A DNA stretch of 64,000 bases. Source: Alphaproteobacteria bacterium. GTDB lineage: Bacteria; Pseudomonadota; Alphaproteobacteria; UBA7887. Made by a program: the position numbers and the translations under genes. The notes under the pieces are model-generated. The model was not told the DNA's origin. It worked only from the letters and a program-made list of their open reading frames with translations, and did no database searches. The DNA is taken from assembly GCA_965216755.1 (NCBI GenBank), contig CBDCGL010000011.1, positions 1,600,001 to 1,664,000 of the forward strand. Direction: 5' to 3'. Shown one piece after another: positions 37,673 through 48,092 of the stretch (the first letter of the stretch is position 1; every line of letters begins with the position of its first letter).

Positions 37673-38631
37673 TTCCGAATTTGGCCAAGACACGATGCAA
37701 CCGCGCGCGCATTACTGGCCATCAATTGAAAATACGCATCTGGACCCGCGGACACGCCGGCACCAAGGGGGTCCAAGATGCCGTGTTTGGCAGACGTATC
37801 CTCGGTGACGGCCGCCACGATAGCTGACTCAAACTGTGGTTCCGAAAAAACGCATTTGGCGCCCGTCGTCATAATGACTCGACGAATCTCTGCGAGCCGT
37901 CGTGGGCCAGGTGGCCGGTCCGGATTAACGACCACCGAACCAACCGGACTGAGTCCAAAGGCATGCTCGAAATATTGAAAGGCGTCATGAAAAACAATGT
38001 AGGGAGTATCGGCGACAGACTCTAATTTCGCAGCGATATCATGGACCATATTGTCGATCCGCACCCAAAGTCGTGTCCCATTGTTACGATAAATCTCACT
38101 ATTTTTCTGATCTATTTGCACTAAACTATCGACAATCGCGCGAACCATTTGCTTAGCATGTGCCGGTGATAACCAAATATGAGGATCAGAAACCTTGTCC
38201 AACCGCTGATGGTTATTCGCAGGAGATCCGACCCAAACACCGCCCTCCCGTACCGGCAATGTCATGATTCCAGGTACGTCTAGCAACGCGACGTGTAGGG
38301 CGTCCTTGCCCAAATTATTGATAGGATCAATCAAGAATCGCTCTAATGATGGGCCAATCCAAAAAATTACGTCGGCGTTGTCGAGCGCAGCCGCCCCTGA
38401 AGGACGCAGCTGAACGGCGTGTGGCGATCCATACCCCTTAAGAATCAGATGCGGTTCGGCAATGCCGTCCATGACGCTCGCGACCAGAGAATGGAGCGGC
38501 TTGATACTGACAGCTACGTCCGGTGCCGCCCAAACCGATTTGGCGCCGACATGGAACATCCCCGCCCACATCATCATAAACGCGCTAAGAATGACGCGAA
38601 TCCAATCAGGTTGCGTGCGCACATCTGTCAT
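37669..38631 (-). CDS. znuA: Zinc ABC transporter substrate-binding protein
   Basis: SIKPLH, SPH, DPHIWL, HDAF.YFE and LDPLG motifs; divergent from znuCB. Confidence 0.92.
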   Translation of the reverse strand: MTDVRTQPDWIRVILSAFMMMWAGMFHVGAKSVWAAPDVAVSIKPLHSLVASVMDGIAEPHLILKGYGSPHAVQLRPSGAAALDNADVIFWIGPSLERFLIDPINNLGKDALHVALLDVPGIMTLPVREGGVWVGSPANNHQRLDKVSDPHIWLSPAHAKQMVRAIVDSLVQIDQKNSEIYRNNGTRLWVRIDNMVHDIAAKLESVADTPYIVFHDAFQYFEHAFGLSPVGSVVVNPDRPPGPRRLAEIRRVIMTTGAKCVFSEPQFESAIVAAVTEDTSAKHGILDPLGAGVSAGPDAYFQLMASNARAVASCLGQIRN

Positions 38632-38678
38632 CTATGCGCGGTCCATGCTAGCATCATCACCTGGAAAAACTGGTAGTT

Positions 38679-38697
38679 AATGTTATTATATAACGTT
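38679..38697. promoter_or_regulatory. Zur box between znuA and znuC
   Basis: AATGTTAT-tat-ATAACGTT, a near-perfect palindrome matching the Zur-type TGTTAT-N3-ATAACA core. Confidence 0.85.
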
Positions 38698-38705
38698 TTG
38701 ATCAT

Positions 38706-39530
38706 ATGAGCAAACTTGCATCTACGAACGGCGCCCAAGCCCAATGTCGCGCCAGCTCCAATCAAGAACCACTTGTGTGTGCACAGGGCGTGACGGTCGC
38801 TTTTGATGGCCGAAACGTACTCGACAATGTCGATCTCTCGCTGACCAGCGGCGAAATCGTAACGCTGATTGGCCCAAACGGATCCGGCAAATCAACGCTG
38901 GTCCGCGTACTTCTCAGCCTCATCAAACCTGATTCCGGCTCCGTCTGGCGGCGTCCCGATCTTAGGATTGGTTACACGCCGCAGCAACTCCCTTTGGATC
39001 CGATCATGCCCATAACCGTCGGTCGGTTCTTGAATCTGAGCGCGCGGCAGCCCAAAGATCGGATCCTATCGGTATTGCGTGAGACCGGCGCGGACCATTT
39101 GGTGGACCGCCAGTTATCCGGACTATCGGGCGGCGAAGTTCACCGGACGCTGTTGGCTCGCGCGTTGCTCGGCACACCGGACCTCTTGGTCCTTGACGAA
39201 CCGATGGCTGGCGTGGATATCGCGGGCCAAGCCACTCTTTACACGCTTGTCCAACGAATTCGCGAGCACCATGGCTGCGGCGTGTTGCTCGTATCTCATG
39301 ATTTGCACATGGTGATTGCCGCCGCAGACCGGGTGGTCTGCCTGAATCATCATGTCTGTTGCACGGGCCACCCTGACCACGTCATCGTTGATCCGGCATT
39401 TCAGTCTTTATTTGGATCCGAACTGCCCCGTGCCATCGCGCCCTATCATCACCAACACGATCATGTGCATGATGAATCAGGCGCGGTTGTCCAGCCGCGA
39501 CGTGTCCTCCAGTCACATCTAGATGATTGA
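38706..39530 (+). CDS. znuC: Zinc ABC transporter ATP-binding protein
   Basis: GPNGSGKS, LSGGE, DEP, HHVCC.G.P motifs and a His-rich tail. Confidence 0.93.
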   Translation: MSKLASTNGAQAQCRASSNQEPLVCAQGVTVAFDGRNVLDNVDLSLTSGEIVTLIGPNGSGKSTLVRVLLSLIKPDSGSVWRRPDLRIGYTPQQLPLDPIMPITVGRFLNLSARQPKDRILSVLRETGADHLVDRQLSGLSGGEVHRTLLARALLGTPDLLVLDEPMAGVDIAGQATLYTLVQRIREHHGCGVLLVSHDLHMVIAAADRVVCLNHHVCCTGHPDHVIVDPAFQSLFGSELPRAIAPYHHQHDHVHDESGAVVQPRRVLQSHLDD

Positions 39531-40320
39531 CTTTGGCCATGAGTTTTTGATCCGAGCCGCCTTAGGCGGTATAGGCGTGGCATTGATTGCCGGTCCCCTC
39601 GGGTGCTTCGTCGTCTGGCGACGTATGGCTTATTTCGGCGCGGCGTTATCTCACTCAGCTCTGTTGGGCGTCGCCCTCGGTCTCGCGATGGGTCTCAACC
39701 CGACAATCGGCATTGTCGCTCTCTGTATTCTGGTTGCATTGGCCGTGGTCGTGCTGGAACAGCGGCGCACGCTGGCGGGCGACACACTGTTGGGAATTCT
39801 GGCCCATAGCAGTTTGGCGCTTGGCATCGTGGCGGCCGCCCTTGTCACGAGTATACGCGTTGACCTCATGGCCTATTTGTTTGGCGACATACTGGCAATC
39901 GGGTGGCGTGACGTTTTGGTGATTTACGTGGGCGCTGCTGGCTCGGGTATTGTCCTAATCTTTTTATGGCGCCCGTTACTCGCGATCACGGTACACGAGG
40001 ATATGGCTCGGGTGGAAGGCGTTCGCGCGGTGGTCGCGCGCGTTGCTTTCATGTTGGTTATCGCCGTTGTTGTGGCTGTCGGTATGAAGGTCGTCGGATT
40101 GCTGTTGATGGTGTCGATGTTGATAGTGCCGGCCGCGGCAGCGCGCCCTTTGGTCTCCACACCTGAACAGATGGCAATTGTGGCCGCATTGATTGGAGTC
40201 ACCGCAGTCATAGGCGGCCTCTCTGGGTCTTGGTACTGGGACATCCCAGCGGGTCCCTCGATCGTTGTGGCAGCGACCATTTTGTTTGCCGCCTTTTTCG
40301 CGGTTCCAGTCAGGCGCTAA
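39523..40320 (+). CDS. znuB: Zinc ABC transporter permease
   Basis: GPLGCFVVWRRMAYFG, YLFGDIL and GPSIV motifs. Confidence 0.95.
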   Translation: MIDFGHEFLIRAALGGIGVALIAGPLGCFVVWRRMAYFGAALSHSALLGVALGLAMGLNPTIGIVALCILVALAVVVLEQRRTLAGDTLLGILAHSSLALGIVAAALVTSIRVDLMAYLFGDILAIGWRDVLVIYVGAAGSGIVLIFLWRPLLAITVHEDMARVEGVRAVVARVAFMLVIAVVVAVGMKVVGLLLMVSMLIVPAAAARPLVSTPEQMAIVAALIGVTAVIGGLSGSWYWDIPAGPSIVVAATILFAAFFAVPVRR

Positions 40321-40571
40321 GACTGTGTTTGCCCCGACTTCAGCCAATCCCCCAGCATGATGGTTCGCTTTTGGGTGACAGCTGCCACCACAAATCCTAT
40401 TTTGGTACCTACTAACGAATGATCTTGAAGATCCGACGAGAACAAATTGGTAGCATATTTGATTGACGAATCTGTGTAATGATAGTGACCTGGCTGACGG
40501 ATCACGGATCGATCAAACCTGTTGCGCGGCCGGCGCCGTTGTTCGACAAAACGCATAAAGGGATCCTCTTA

Positions 40572-41159
40572 ATGACGAGTGCCGGGACATCAAGAAATTC
40601 ACGCGGGCGTCGACGTACACCCAGCCGCAGTGCCGTCGATCCTTTCGCTGCATCCGGTCATGATCACCGCAAATGCATCGACGATGCGCTCGACGCCGCG
40701 TCGATCCTGTGCCAGGAACGCGGGGTTCGTCTCACTGATCTGCGCCGACAAGTATTGGAACTGGTTTGGCAAGGACATCAACCGGTTGGCGCCTATGAGC
40801 TTTTGGAAAGACTCCGCGGCCCGCGCGGCACGGCCGCGCCGCCGACAGTTTATCGGGCACTGAATTTTCTGTGTGATCAAGGTTTGGTTCATCGAATTGA
40901 TTCACTCAACGCGTATGTCGGCTGCGCCGTGCCTGAGTCGACACATCGCGCATATTTTTTGCTATGCGATGATTGCGGCCAGGTTGGTGAACTTGTCGAT
41001 CACAACCTCGGTAATGCGATCACGCGCTCGGCGCAGCGTGTTGGCTTCACAACCGAGAATGAAACTATCGAACTACGCGGCCGCTGCGCGGATTGTTCGC
41101 GAACCGCGAGACGCGGAAGCGGCACCGACAAGCGGCGGCGCGAAGCCGGCGCCCGCTAG
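40572..41159 (+). CDS. zur: Fur-family zinc uptake regulator
   Basis: HDHRKC, RLT.LRRQVL, PPTVYRAL and two CxxC motifs; follows znuB. Confidence 0.9.
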   Translation: MTSAGTSRNSRGRRRTPSRSAVDPFAASGHDHRKCIDDALDAASILCQERGVRLTDLRRQVLELVWQGHQPVGAYELLERLRGPRGTAAPPTVYRALNFLCDQGLVHRIDSLNAYVGCAVPESTHRAYFLLCDDCGQVGELVDHNLGNAITRSAQRVGFTTENETIELRGRCADCSRTARRGSGTDKRRREAGAR

Positions 41160-41267
41160 GCCGCGATGTCGGCCGCATTGACCGGCCAGGAAGTTAACCG
41201 CAATTGCAGCAGATACCTTGGCGGACCGTTATTGGACGGCCCATCCGATAGTGTGGAAAGGATAGAT

Positions 41268-41816
41268 ATGATGGATGTCAGCCGCAGATCACTGTTGGCC
41301 GGTGCCACTGGCAGCGCGTGGGCGTTTGCATCTTCCGCTCATGCGCAAACGGATCACCCCGCCCTTCCGCAACTGACTCATTTGTGCGATTTGCATTTCG
41401 AACTCACGGAGCCGCTGCGACTGCCGTCAGGACCGTTTGGGGATCGTACGATCTTACGGGTGGCAGGCGGCCGCGTTGACGGCCCGAAACTCCAGGGGAA
41501 GATCCTTCCGGGGTTCGGTGATTGGGCGGTGATGCGTGCGGACGGCATCTTTGACGTCGACATTCGCGCAGCTTTGCAAATGGACGATGGGGCGATCATA
41601 ACGGTAAGCTATCGTGGTTTGCTGCGCATGGCACCAGAACTCTGGCGCTCATATCTGCAAGGCAATCAAATCGATCCAAATAACTATTACTTTCGGGTCA
41701 CGCCACGATTTGAAACGGGAGCGGACGCATATCGTTGGCTTAACGGTATCGTTTGCCTCGGCGTCGGATTTGATCTGCCGCCAACACCACGCTATCGGAT
41801 CTATGAGGTGACGTAG
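41268..41816 (+). CDS. DUF3237 family protein with a Tat-like leader
   Basis: G.R.I..V.GG.V.GP.L.G, DW, DDG, YYFR..P.FET and Y.WLN motifs; N-terminal SRRSLL...AHA. Confidence 0.85.
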   Translation: MMDVSRRSLLAGATGSAWAFASSAHAQTDHPALPQLTHLCDLHFELTEPLRLPSGPFGDRTILRVAGGRVDGPKLQGKILPGFGDWAVMRADGIFDVDIRAALQMDDGAIITVSYRGLLRMAPELWRSYLQGNQIDPNNYYFRVTPRFETGADAYRWLNGIVCLGVGFDLPPTPRYRIYEVT

Positions 41817-41850
41817 CGAAGATGACAACGGTCACGCTGGGGAGGACAAC

Positions 41851-42666
41851 ATGACGGTGCGACGGGTCTTAATCACTGGGGCCGCTGGCGCTATTGGATC
41901 GGTGCTACGCCAAGGACTTGCCGGGCATTATGAATTATTACGCTTGTCAGACAAGAAAACTCTGTCGGCAGCAGGTCCAGGGGAAGAGCTCAATCAGGCG
42001 GATATCAGCGATTTCAATGCAATTTACGAGGCCATGAGTGGCGTGGAGGCAGTCGTCCACCTTGGGGCAATCGCGACCGAAGACTCATTTGAGTCGCTGA
42101 TTTCCCCGAACTTCCTTGCAGTCTACAACATATACGAGGCGGCCTATCGCCGCGGCGTCGAGCGCGTCGTCTTTGCAAGCAGCAATCATGCGATCGGCTT
42201 GTACCCCGTCGGTAAGAGAATTGGCCCAGAGGTGATGCAAAAACCGGACAGCTTCTACGGCGTTGGCAAAGCATTCGGTGAGAATATGGGTATATTATAT
42301 CACACCAAATGGGGACTTGACGTCGCTTGCCTTCGGATCGGGAGTTTTCTCGAAGCGCCCAGCACACCGCGTCACTTAAGCACGTGGTTAAGTCATGGTG
42401 ACATGGTCCGGCTGGTGCGCGCCTGCCTTGATACGCCAACTTTGGGCTACGCCGTCGTTTACGGCATTTCGGCAAATACACGTGGATGGTGGGATAACCC
42501 TGAAGCCGACCGAATCGGATTTGTGCCGCAAGACAACGCTGAAGATTTCGCCCAGGACGTTCTAGCCAACGCACCGCCACCCGATCCCGACAATCCAGCT
42601 GATCGCTTGCAGGGCGGTCCTATCGCCGCGATCGATTTTGGCCGGCGTCCACGGGCTGACACTTAG
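41851..42666 (+). CDS. NAD-dependent epimerase/dehydratase, uronate dehydrogenase-like
   Basis: TGAAGAIG, ASSNHAIG, PDSFYGVGK, LRIGS and STWLS motifs. Confidence 0.88.
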   Translation: MTVRRVLITGAAGAIGSVLRQGLAGHYELLRLSDKKTLSAAGPGEELNQADISDFNAIYEAMSGVEAVVHLGAIATEDSFESLISPNFLAVYNIYEAAYRRGVERVVFASSNHAIGLYPVGKRIGPEVMQKPDSFYGVGKAFGENMGILYHTKWGLDVACLRIGSFLEAPSTPRHLSTWLSHGDMVRLVRACLDTPTLGYAVVYGISANTRGWWDNPEADRIGFVPQDNAEDFAQDVLANAPPPDPDNPADRLQGGPIAAIDFGRRPRADT

Positions 42667-42797
42667 CAATTAGCCTTTTCAACAGGCGTGCAAGTCGACG
42701 CGAAGTCACCCGGACTATTTCGAAAGCATTTCATGACAGCCGCCCTTGGTCGGGCTACAGTCTTGTTCTGGCATGATGGTAATGGCCATTGCGTCGC

Positions 42798-43388
42798 ATG
42801 GTGACACTGGCCGCCTTTGGCGAGAGACTGGAACCGGTGCGTGAAGATCATCTATGTGGCCTGATCGAGGCGATCGCACAGCGGCACGATAAGAGTGCGT
42901 TTGCGCGCCTGTTCACATTTTACGGGCCCAAGCTCAAGGCCTACATCATGACCGGCGGCATGGACTCGGAAACTGCCGAGGAAGTTGCGCAGGAAACGAT
43001 GCTGGCCGTGTGGCGCCGTGCGGCAACGTTTGACCGCAGCATTGCGCCGGCATCGGCATGGGTCTTCGCAATCGCCCGCAACAAACAGATAGATCGCGTA
43101 CGGCGCGACAAACGCCCCGATTTTAGCGCTGAACTGGCCTATTTTCGGTCAACTGCCCCACCAACGCCCGATGAGCAGATCATTCAGCAACGCCGCGCGG
43201 AATCGCTTCGCGACCTCATATTGGAACTGCCCGAAGAACAGCTGGATATTCTAAAAAAGGCCTTCTTCGAAGGGAAATCTCACAGCGCGATTTCGGCCGA
43301 GCTGAAATTACCCTTGGGAACTGTGAAGAGTCGGGTGCGGCTCGCGCTCGCGCGCCTTCGTGTCCAGGCGACGGAGGCGGCCCTGTGA
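42798..43388 (+). CDS. rpoE: ECF sigma factor, RpoE type partnered with ChrR
   Basis: AEEVAQE, WVFAIARNK.ID and LPLGTVKSRVR motifs; GTGA overlap with chrR. Confidence 0.9.
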   Translation: MVTLAAFGERLEPVREDHLCGLIEAIAQRHDKSAFARLFTFYGPKLKAYIMTGGMDSETAEEVAQETMLAVWRRAATFDRSIAPASAWVFAIARNKQIDRVRRDKRPDFSAELAYFRSTAPPTPDEQIIQQRRAESLRDLILELPEEQLDILKKAFFEGKSHSAISAELKLPLGTVKSRVRLALARLRVQATEAAL

Positions 43389-44014
43389 CCAAGCATCACC
43401 CGCCCCTCGATCTTGTCTTCGACCATGCCGCCGGGAATCTTCCAGAGGGCCCAGGCCTGATTGTAGCCGCCCATCTCACACTTTGTGGGTCATGTGCTGC
43501 CTTGACGCGGCATCTCGAATTAGTGGGTGGCGCGCTGCTCACGCAAATCGACCCTGTGGCAATCTCGGAACACAACATGGCTGCAACCATTCACCGCGCG
43601 AAATCGGCCGACATCTGTGCTCCGTGTGCGCCAACGCCGCCCGACTCGCACACTCGGTCGTTGCTGCCGGCGCCGCTTTGGGACTATGTGGGCCAATCCG
43701 TAGCCGCATTGCCATGGCGCGGCCTGACCAAAGACCGAGAGGAAATTGAGTTGACAGTCTCCGATGGCGATTGTCGTGTCAGCTTGCTCAGATTGGCGCC
43801 CGGCTATGCGGCACCATTGCACACACATGGTGGCTTGGAACTGACCCTGGTCTTAGATGGTGGCTTCACCGACCGAAACATGTTCTTTGGTCGTGGCGAT
43901 TTGAGCGTAGCCGATGGCGCCGTGACTCACGCACCGGTCGCCGACACAAACGGCTGTCTTTGCTTTATGGCTCATGAAGGGCCGCTCAAGCTCGCAGGAA
44001 CCGATAACAGCTGA
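43385..44014 (+). CDS. chrR: ChrR-family anti-sigma factor
   Basis: HHP...HLTLCGSC zinc anti-sigma domain plus cupin motif HTHGGLELTLVL.G.F...H.P. Confidence 0.9.
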   Translation: MTKHHPPLDLVFDHAAGNLPEGPGLIVAAHLTLCGSCAALTRHLELVGGALLTQIDPVAISEHNMAATIHRAKSADICAPCAPTPPDSHTRSLLPAPLWDYVGQSVAALPWRGLTKDREEIELTVSDGDCRVSLLRLAPGYAAPLHTHGGLELTLVLDGGFTDRNMFFGRGDLSVADGAVTHAPVADTNGCLCFMAHEGPLKLAGTDNS

Positions 44015-44025
44015 AGCGTGACCGA

Positions 44026-44967
44026 TCAGTCCGCGGACACGATCTTTGAACGAGCTGCCCACTCCATCGCCCGGACCATGGCACTGAGCGTATCGTTCAC
44101 CGGTGCCGTCATGTTTACTTTCGCGGCGGCGGCCGGGATAGCGCCGTTAATAACATCGATTTCAGTTGGACGCCCAGCCAAATAGTCGAGCAACATCGAA
44201 GGCCGCGCATTTGGAATTTTCTCTCCAAACGCGCGTACATATTGTGGCGCATCGTCAAACTCGAGCTTGATCCCCATGGCACGAGCGACACGAAACGCCT
44301 CGCTCGCGCAGTGAGCGGATATATGCACCGCATGTTCGTTCGCCAGGACTTCGCCAACCCGCCATCCGGTGACCGTACAAAGCGCACTGTACCCGACATT
44401 GCAGATGAGCTTTTCCCAGATCATCTGGTGAATGTCGTCGAAAGTTCGAACTCGAAATCCAGCGCTTCGCCACGCCGCGGCGACGGCTTCCAATCGTGGA
44501 GTCACGGTGCCATTGCGCTCCCCTAGCCGCACCAACTCCCAGCCATTGTGGTGCGCGTGTCCAGGACCGATCATAGATGCACCAAAGCCGCCGACAACAC
44601 CGATCGCAACCCGGTCCTCGCCAAGAATGGCCGCCACCTTGTCCGCGCTCCCCAGCCCGTTCTGAATGGTCAAGACGACGGTCTTTTCATCGACCATAGG
44701 CAGGGCGCTGCGTGCGGCTTCTTGGACATGCATGGCCTTGGTCGCAATAACCACCAAATCGCACACGCCAACGTCACCGGCATCACAGGTCGCATTGAGT
44801 GACACGGTGCGGTCACCGCTCGCGCCCTCAAGCCGTAAGCCGTGCGCATTGATCGCGTCGACATGGTCACGCCAGGGGTCGACCGCCCAAACCTCGTTGT
44901 CGGAGTCCCCGAGCAAACCGGCGTAGACAGATCCCATGGCGCCAACACCGACTATGGCAATTTTCAT
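44026..44967 (-). CDS. panE: Ketopantoate reductase family protein
   Basis: GVGAMG, TK, QNG, WEKL..N, SML.D and TEID.ING motifs. Confidence 0.9.
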   Translation of the reverse strand: MKIAIVGVGAMGSVYAGLLGDSDNEVWAVDPWRDHVDAINAHGLRLEGASGDRTVSLNATCDAGDVGVCDLVVIATKAMHVQEAARSALPMVDEKTVVLTIQNGLGSADKVAAILGEDRVAIGVVGGFGASMIGPGHAHHNGWELVRLGERNGTVTPRLEAVAAAWRSAGFRVRTFDDIHQMIWEKLICNVGYSALCTVTGWRVGEVLANEHAVHISAHCASEAFRVARAMGIKLEFDDAPQYVRAFGEKIPNARPSMLLDYLAGRPTEIDVINGAIPAAAAKVNMTAPVNDTLSAMVRAMEWAARSKIVSAD

Positions 44968-45305
44968 CGATCTTCCGTTCGTTCATCGATCATGCACAGA
45001 TGGCGACCGTCAGAAGCCAGAAGACGGTGCAGGCCGGCTAGACCGCTTCTAGCGCGAAAACGAGGTTTGAGCCACTGTCTTGGGTGTCGAGGGGCTGAAA
45101 ATCCGTCAAGAATCACGAGCGAACGTCGTCTAACGTGATCGTTTGGCCCATATTGACGACTGGTTCAACGCCCCCAACGATGAGTCGGATAAGGCAGTTG
45201 TCTGCTTTGTGCAACAAATCAATCTCGCAAATCGATTGCGGTTGCACTTGGGGATGATTGGTCCTACCAGGCCCTCGACACGGATTGGATGAGGCGGATA
45301 GGATT

Positions 45306-46058
45306 TTGGAAATTGATCTCCAAATGTCAGTGTCGATTGCCGGCGCCGCGGCGTTCGTTGCCGCGGGGTTGGTCAAAGGTGTGTTGGGGATTGGGCTGCC
45401 CCTGGTGGCGGTACCACTGCTGGCGACGATGTTCGAGGCATCAACAGCGGTGGCGCTGATGATTGTACCGGTATTGGCATCAAACACGCTTCTGCTTGTC
45501 CGTCACGGTCGCGTGGCCTCGACAGTGCGCCGTTACTGGACTTTGCTCGTACCACTGATCGCATTCACGCTTCTTGGTGGTCAGTTTCTGGCGGCCTTCG
45601 ACGCCAAAACCGGTGCAATCGTCTTGGCCGCCGTTGTTCTGTTGTTCTGTGCGACACGCGCGACCACCATGAATTTCGCCGTGCCGCCGCGATCCGAGCG
45701 TTGGTTGAATCCGGTGATGGGCACAGTCGCCGGCGTGCTTGGCGGCGTCAGCAATTTTTTTGGCCCGCCTTTGATTCTTTACTTGTCGGCTTTGCGCCTC
45801 GATAAGGACGAATTCGTCGGCACAATCGCACTGTTCTTTATGATCGGAGGTCTGCCGCTGTACGCCAGCCTGACTTTTCATGGTGTGCTCTCGCCAAACA
45901 TCGGCGGGCTTTCTTGTTTGGCCGCCGTTCCAGTTATGGTCGGCGTTTACGCTGGTCAAAGACTGCGCGACCGTGTTTCACAAAGTCATTTCGAGCGCCT
46001 TATGCTGATTGTGCTGGTGTTCACAGCCCTCAATCTGTTGCGCCGCGGCATGTCCTGA
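45306..46058 (+). CDS. TauE/SafE sulfite-exporter family membrane protein
   Basis: GLVKGVLGIG and G.VAG.LGG....GPP repeats, about 8 TM; start position uncertain. Confidence 0.85.
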   Translation: MEIDLQMSVSIAGAAAFVAAGLVKGVLGIGLPLVAVPLLATMFEASTAVALMIVPVLASNTLLLVRHGRVASTVRRYWTLLVPLIAFTLLGGQFLAAFDAKTGAIVLAAVVLLFCATRATTMNFAVPPRSERWLNPVMGTVAGVLGGVSNFFGPPLILYLSALRLDKDEFVGTIALFFMIGGLPLYASLTFHGVLSPNIGGLSCLAAVPVMVGVYAGQRLRDRVSQSHFERLMLIVLVFTALNLLRRGMS

Positions 46059-46073
46059 ATTCGGTCTGACCGA

Positions 46074-46847
46074 TCAATCGCGCAACCCCGCGACGCGCTG
46101 TTTCGCCATCGCCATCATGAATGATAAATCACTGCCCGCCAGAACGAAGGGCATTCCCATCGCGGTGTAGCGGGTCATCAGTGTCGGTTCGTAGACGCCG
46201 CCCAGACCAGCGAATTTGTTGTTGGCTTTGCACGCGGCGATAATCCGTTCATATGCGCCAGCAATCTGCGGACTATCGATTTGTCCCGGGATGCCCATTT
46301 CCAAACAGAGGTCATTGGTACCCACTAGCAAGATATCAATGCCCGGCACCGCAGCGATCGACTCAACGTTCTCGACTGCGGTTGGAGTCTCGATCATGAC
46401 AATCAAAAGGGTCGCCCTGTCGATGGCCGCCGTCGCCTCGGCCGCCGGCAGAGATTGGAAATCGATCTGCGGCAATGCGCCCGTGATCGAACGATGGCCA
46501 ACCGGCGGATAACGACAATTGTCGACCACCTTTGCGGCCTGTTCTGCCGTGTCGACGTGCGGAACGACGATACCCATTGCGCCACCGTCTAGGACGCGGG
46601 TGGCGTGATAGTGTTGCATGCCCGGGACACGCACAATTGGTGTGACGCCGGCATCCTGAGCGGCGACTGATATACGGCTGGCCCAATCGACCGACATGGT
46701 GCTGTGCTCCATGTCAATGAACAACCAATCGAACCCGCAACTTTTTGCAACTTTTCCGATGTCCACGTCGCGCGATTGGCGCAACCCCATGCCTATTGCC
46801 AATTCACCGGAATCTAGCCTTTCGCGGACACGGTTTCTGATTTGCAT
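46074..46847 (-). CDS. HpcH/HpaI aldolase family protein
   Basis: GFDWLFIDMEH, VRVP, LD.GA.GI..P, YPP.G.R, MIET and GTNDL motifs. Confidence 0.92.
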   Translation of the reverse strand: MQIRNRVRERLDSGELAIGMGLRQSRDVDIGKVAKSCGFDWLFIDMEHSTMSVDWASRISVAAQDAGVTPIVRVPGMQHYHATRVLDGGAMGIVVPHVDTAEQAAKVVDNCRYPPVGHRSITGALPQIDFQSLPAAEATAAIDRATLLIVMIETPTAVENVESIAAVPGIDILLVGTNDLCLEMGIPGQIDSPQIAGAYERIIAACKANNKFAGLGGVYEPTLMTRYTAMGMPFVLAGSDLSFMMAMAKQRVAGLRD

Positions 46848-47162
46848 GATTATTTTCCCTCCCTTTTTCGCGCGCTTCGCCACCAGTTTGTGCGGCGATT
46901 CGCCCATGAATGTGGCTCGATGATACTGCCGTCTTTGCCGCAAATGTCACAATGACCCTAGTTTTTTTCGCGACCTAGGCATTTTCGTTTCGGAGCTGTA
47001 ATTATCCCGTGGGTGAATATGTGTATTCTAACCAGGTCGCCGATACATCATTTGGAACATAGATATAAACATGGGCGCCTACACCGAGTCGTCTTGGGCA
47101 ACACAACGCGGCAACAAATTCGCGCGTCGACCGAAGTCCGCGACGGCGTGCGTCAAGCAATC

Positions 47163-47900
47163 ATGAAAAACCTCCTACTCATCTTGTTTGTCGTGTTCGC
47201 GCTGGCGATTGGCGCCAGCCTTGGGTTTGCGTCGACCAATTCACTTGCCCGGATCGTCGAACAAGATTGGTTTAGGGAGGGCCTAAAACTTTGGCCGGTC
47301 CTGGTCGCAGGCGTCATGGTGCTGTTTGGCGGCTTGCTTGGTCTTTATGGAGCTCATTACGGATCAGCGCGAAATTTGGAGAACATCACCGATCTGTTTC
47401 GGAATCAATGGCAAGCGCAGAGTGATCACGAAGCCAGAGTTCGAGATCAAGAAGCGCGCACCTTGGCGATGGCCCTCGTCGCCGAACTTCGCAACCTACA
47501 AAGCCGATTGTCTGGTTACGCGATCGGCATTGAAGCATGGAATGAAGCCGATTTTGTGCCAACTGCCGCGCAGCTGCGCGCGGCGATCAACACGGAAACA
47601 CCAATATTTACCGCCAACGCACACCGAATCGGGCTATTGGGTCCGGAAGCGGCATCATCTGTTGTTGGTTTTTACGGTTTGGTTCAACTGTTGCAGGAAT
47701 CCATCACCGTCGACGCGGCGGCGCTCGGCAACACACCGATTCGGCGACGAACCCTGTTGGATTACGAAAGCCGAATGGAAAAGGCAGCGCTGGACGCCGT
47801 TCAAGTGATCGGCCTGCTCACCGATTCCAATGCGTCGACCGATGCGCCAGGCGCGCTCAAACAACTTACGACGCACCCGAAGCTTGACCGCATAAGTTGA
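47163..47900 (+). CDS. Hypothetical membrane-anchored protein (paralog 1)
   Basis: Two N-terminal hydrophobic segments followed by a helical domain; shares motifs with 48093..48770. Confidence 0.7.
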   Translation: MKNLLLILFVVFALAIGASLGFASTNSLARIVEQDWFREGLKLWPVLVAGVMVLFGGLLGLYGAHYGSARNLENITDLFRNQWQAQSDHEARVRDQEARTLAMALVAELRNLQSRLSGYAIGIEAWNEADFVPTAAQLRAAINTETPIFTANAHRIGLLGPEAASSVVGFYGLVQLLQESITVDAAALGNTPIRRRTLLDYESRMEKAALDAVQVIGLLTDSNASTDAPGALKQLTTHPKLDRIS

Positions 47901-48092
47901 TCGTCGACAGCCCTGTTCGACATTTGTGCCGGCATGTTGCGGGAGATGGTTCCATGAGTATTCATGTGACAATCTCAGTCAAGAATGAGCAGTCAATTAT
48001 CAGATCTGTGTTGTCATCATTGTCAACGTGACGTTTTTCGACGATTATGACTGCGTTCGTTCCCCGGCAATTGTTTCTGAGTAAGCATAAAC

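Noticed and set aside
37669-44014. znuA-znuCB-zur and rpoE-chrR as novel systems
   Set aside because: Both are well-characterised standard alphaproteobacterial modules.
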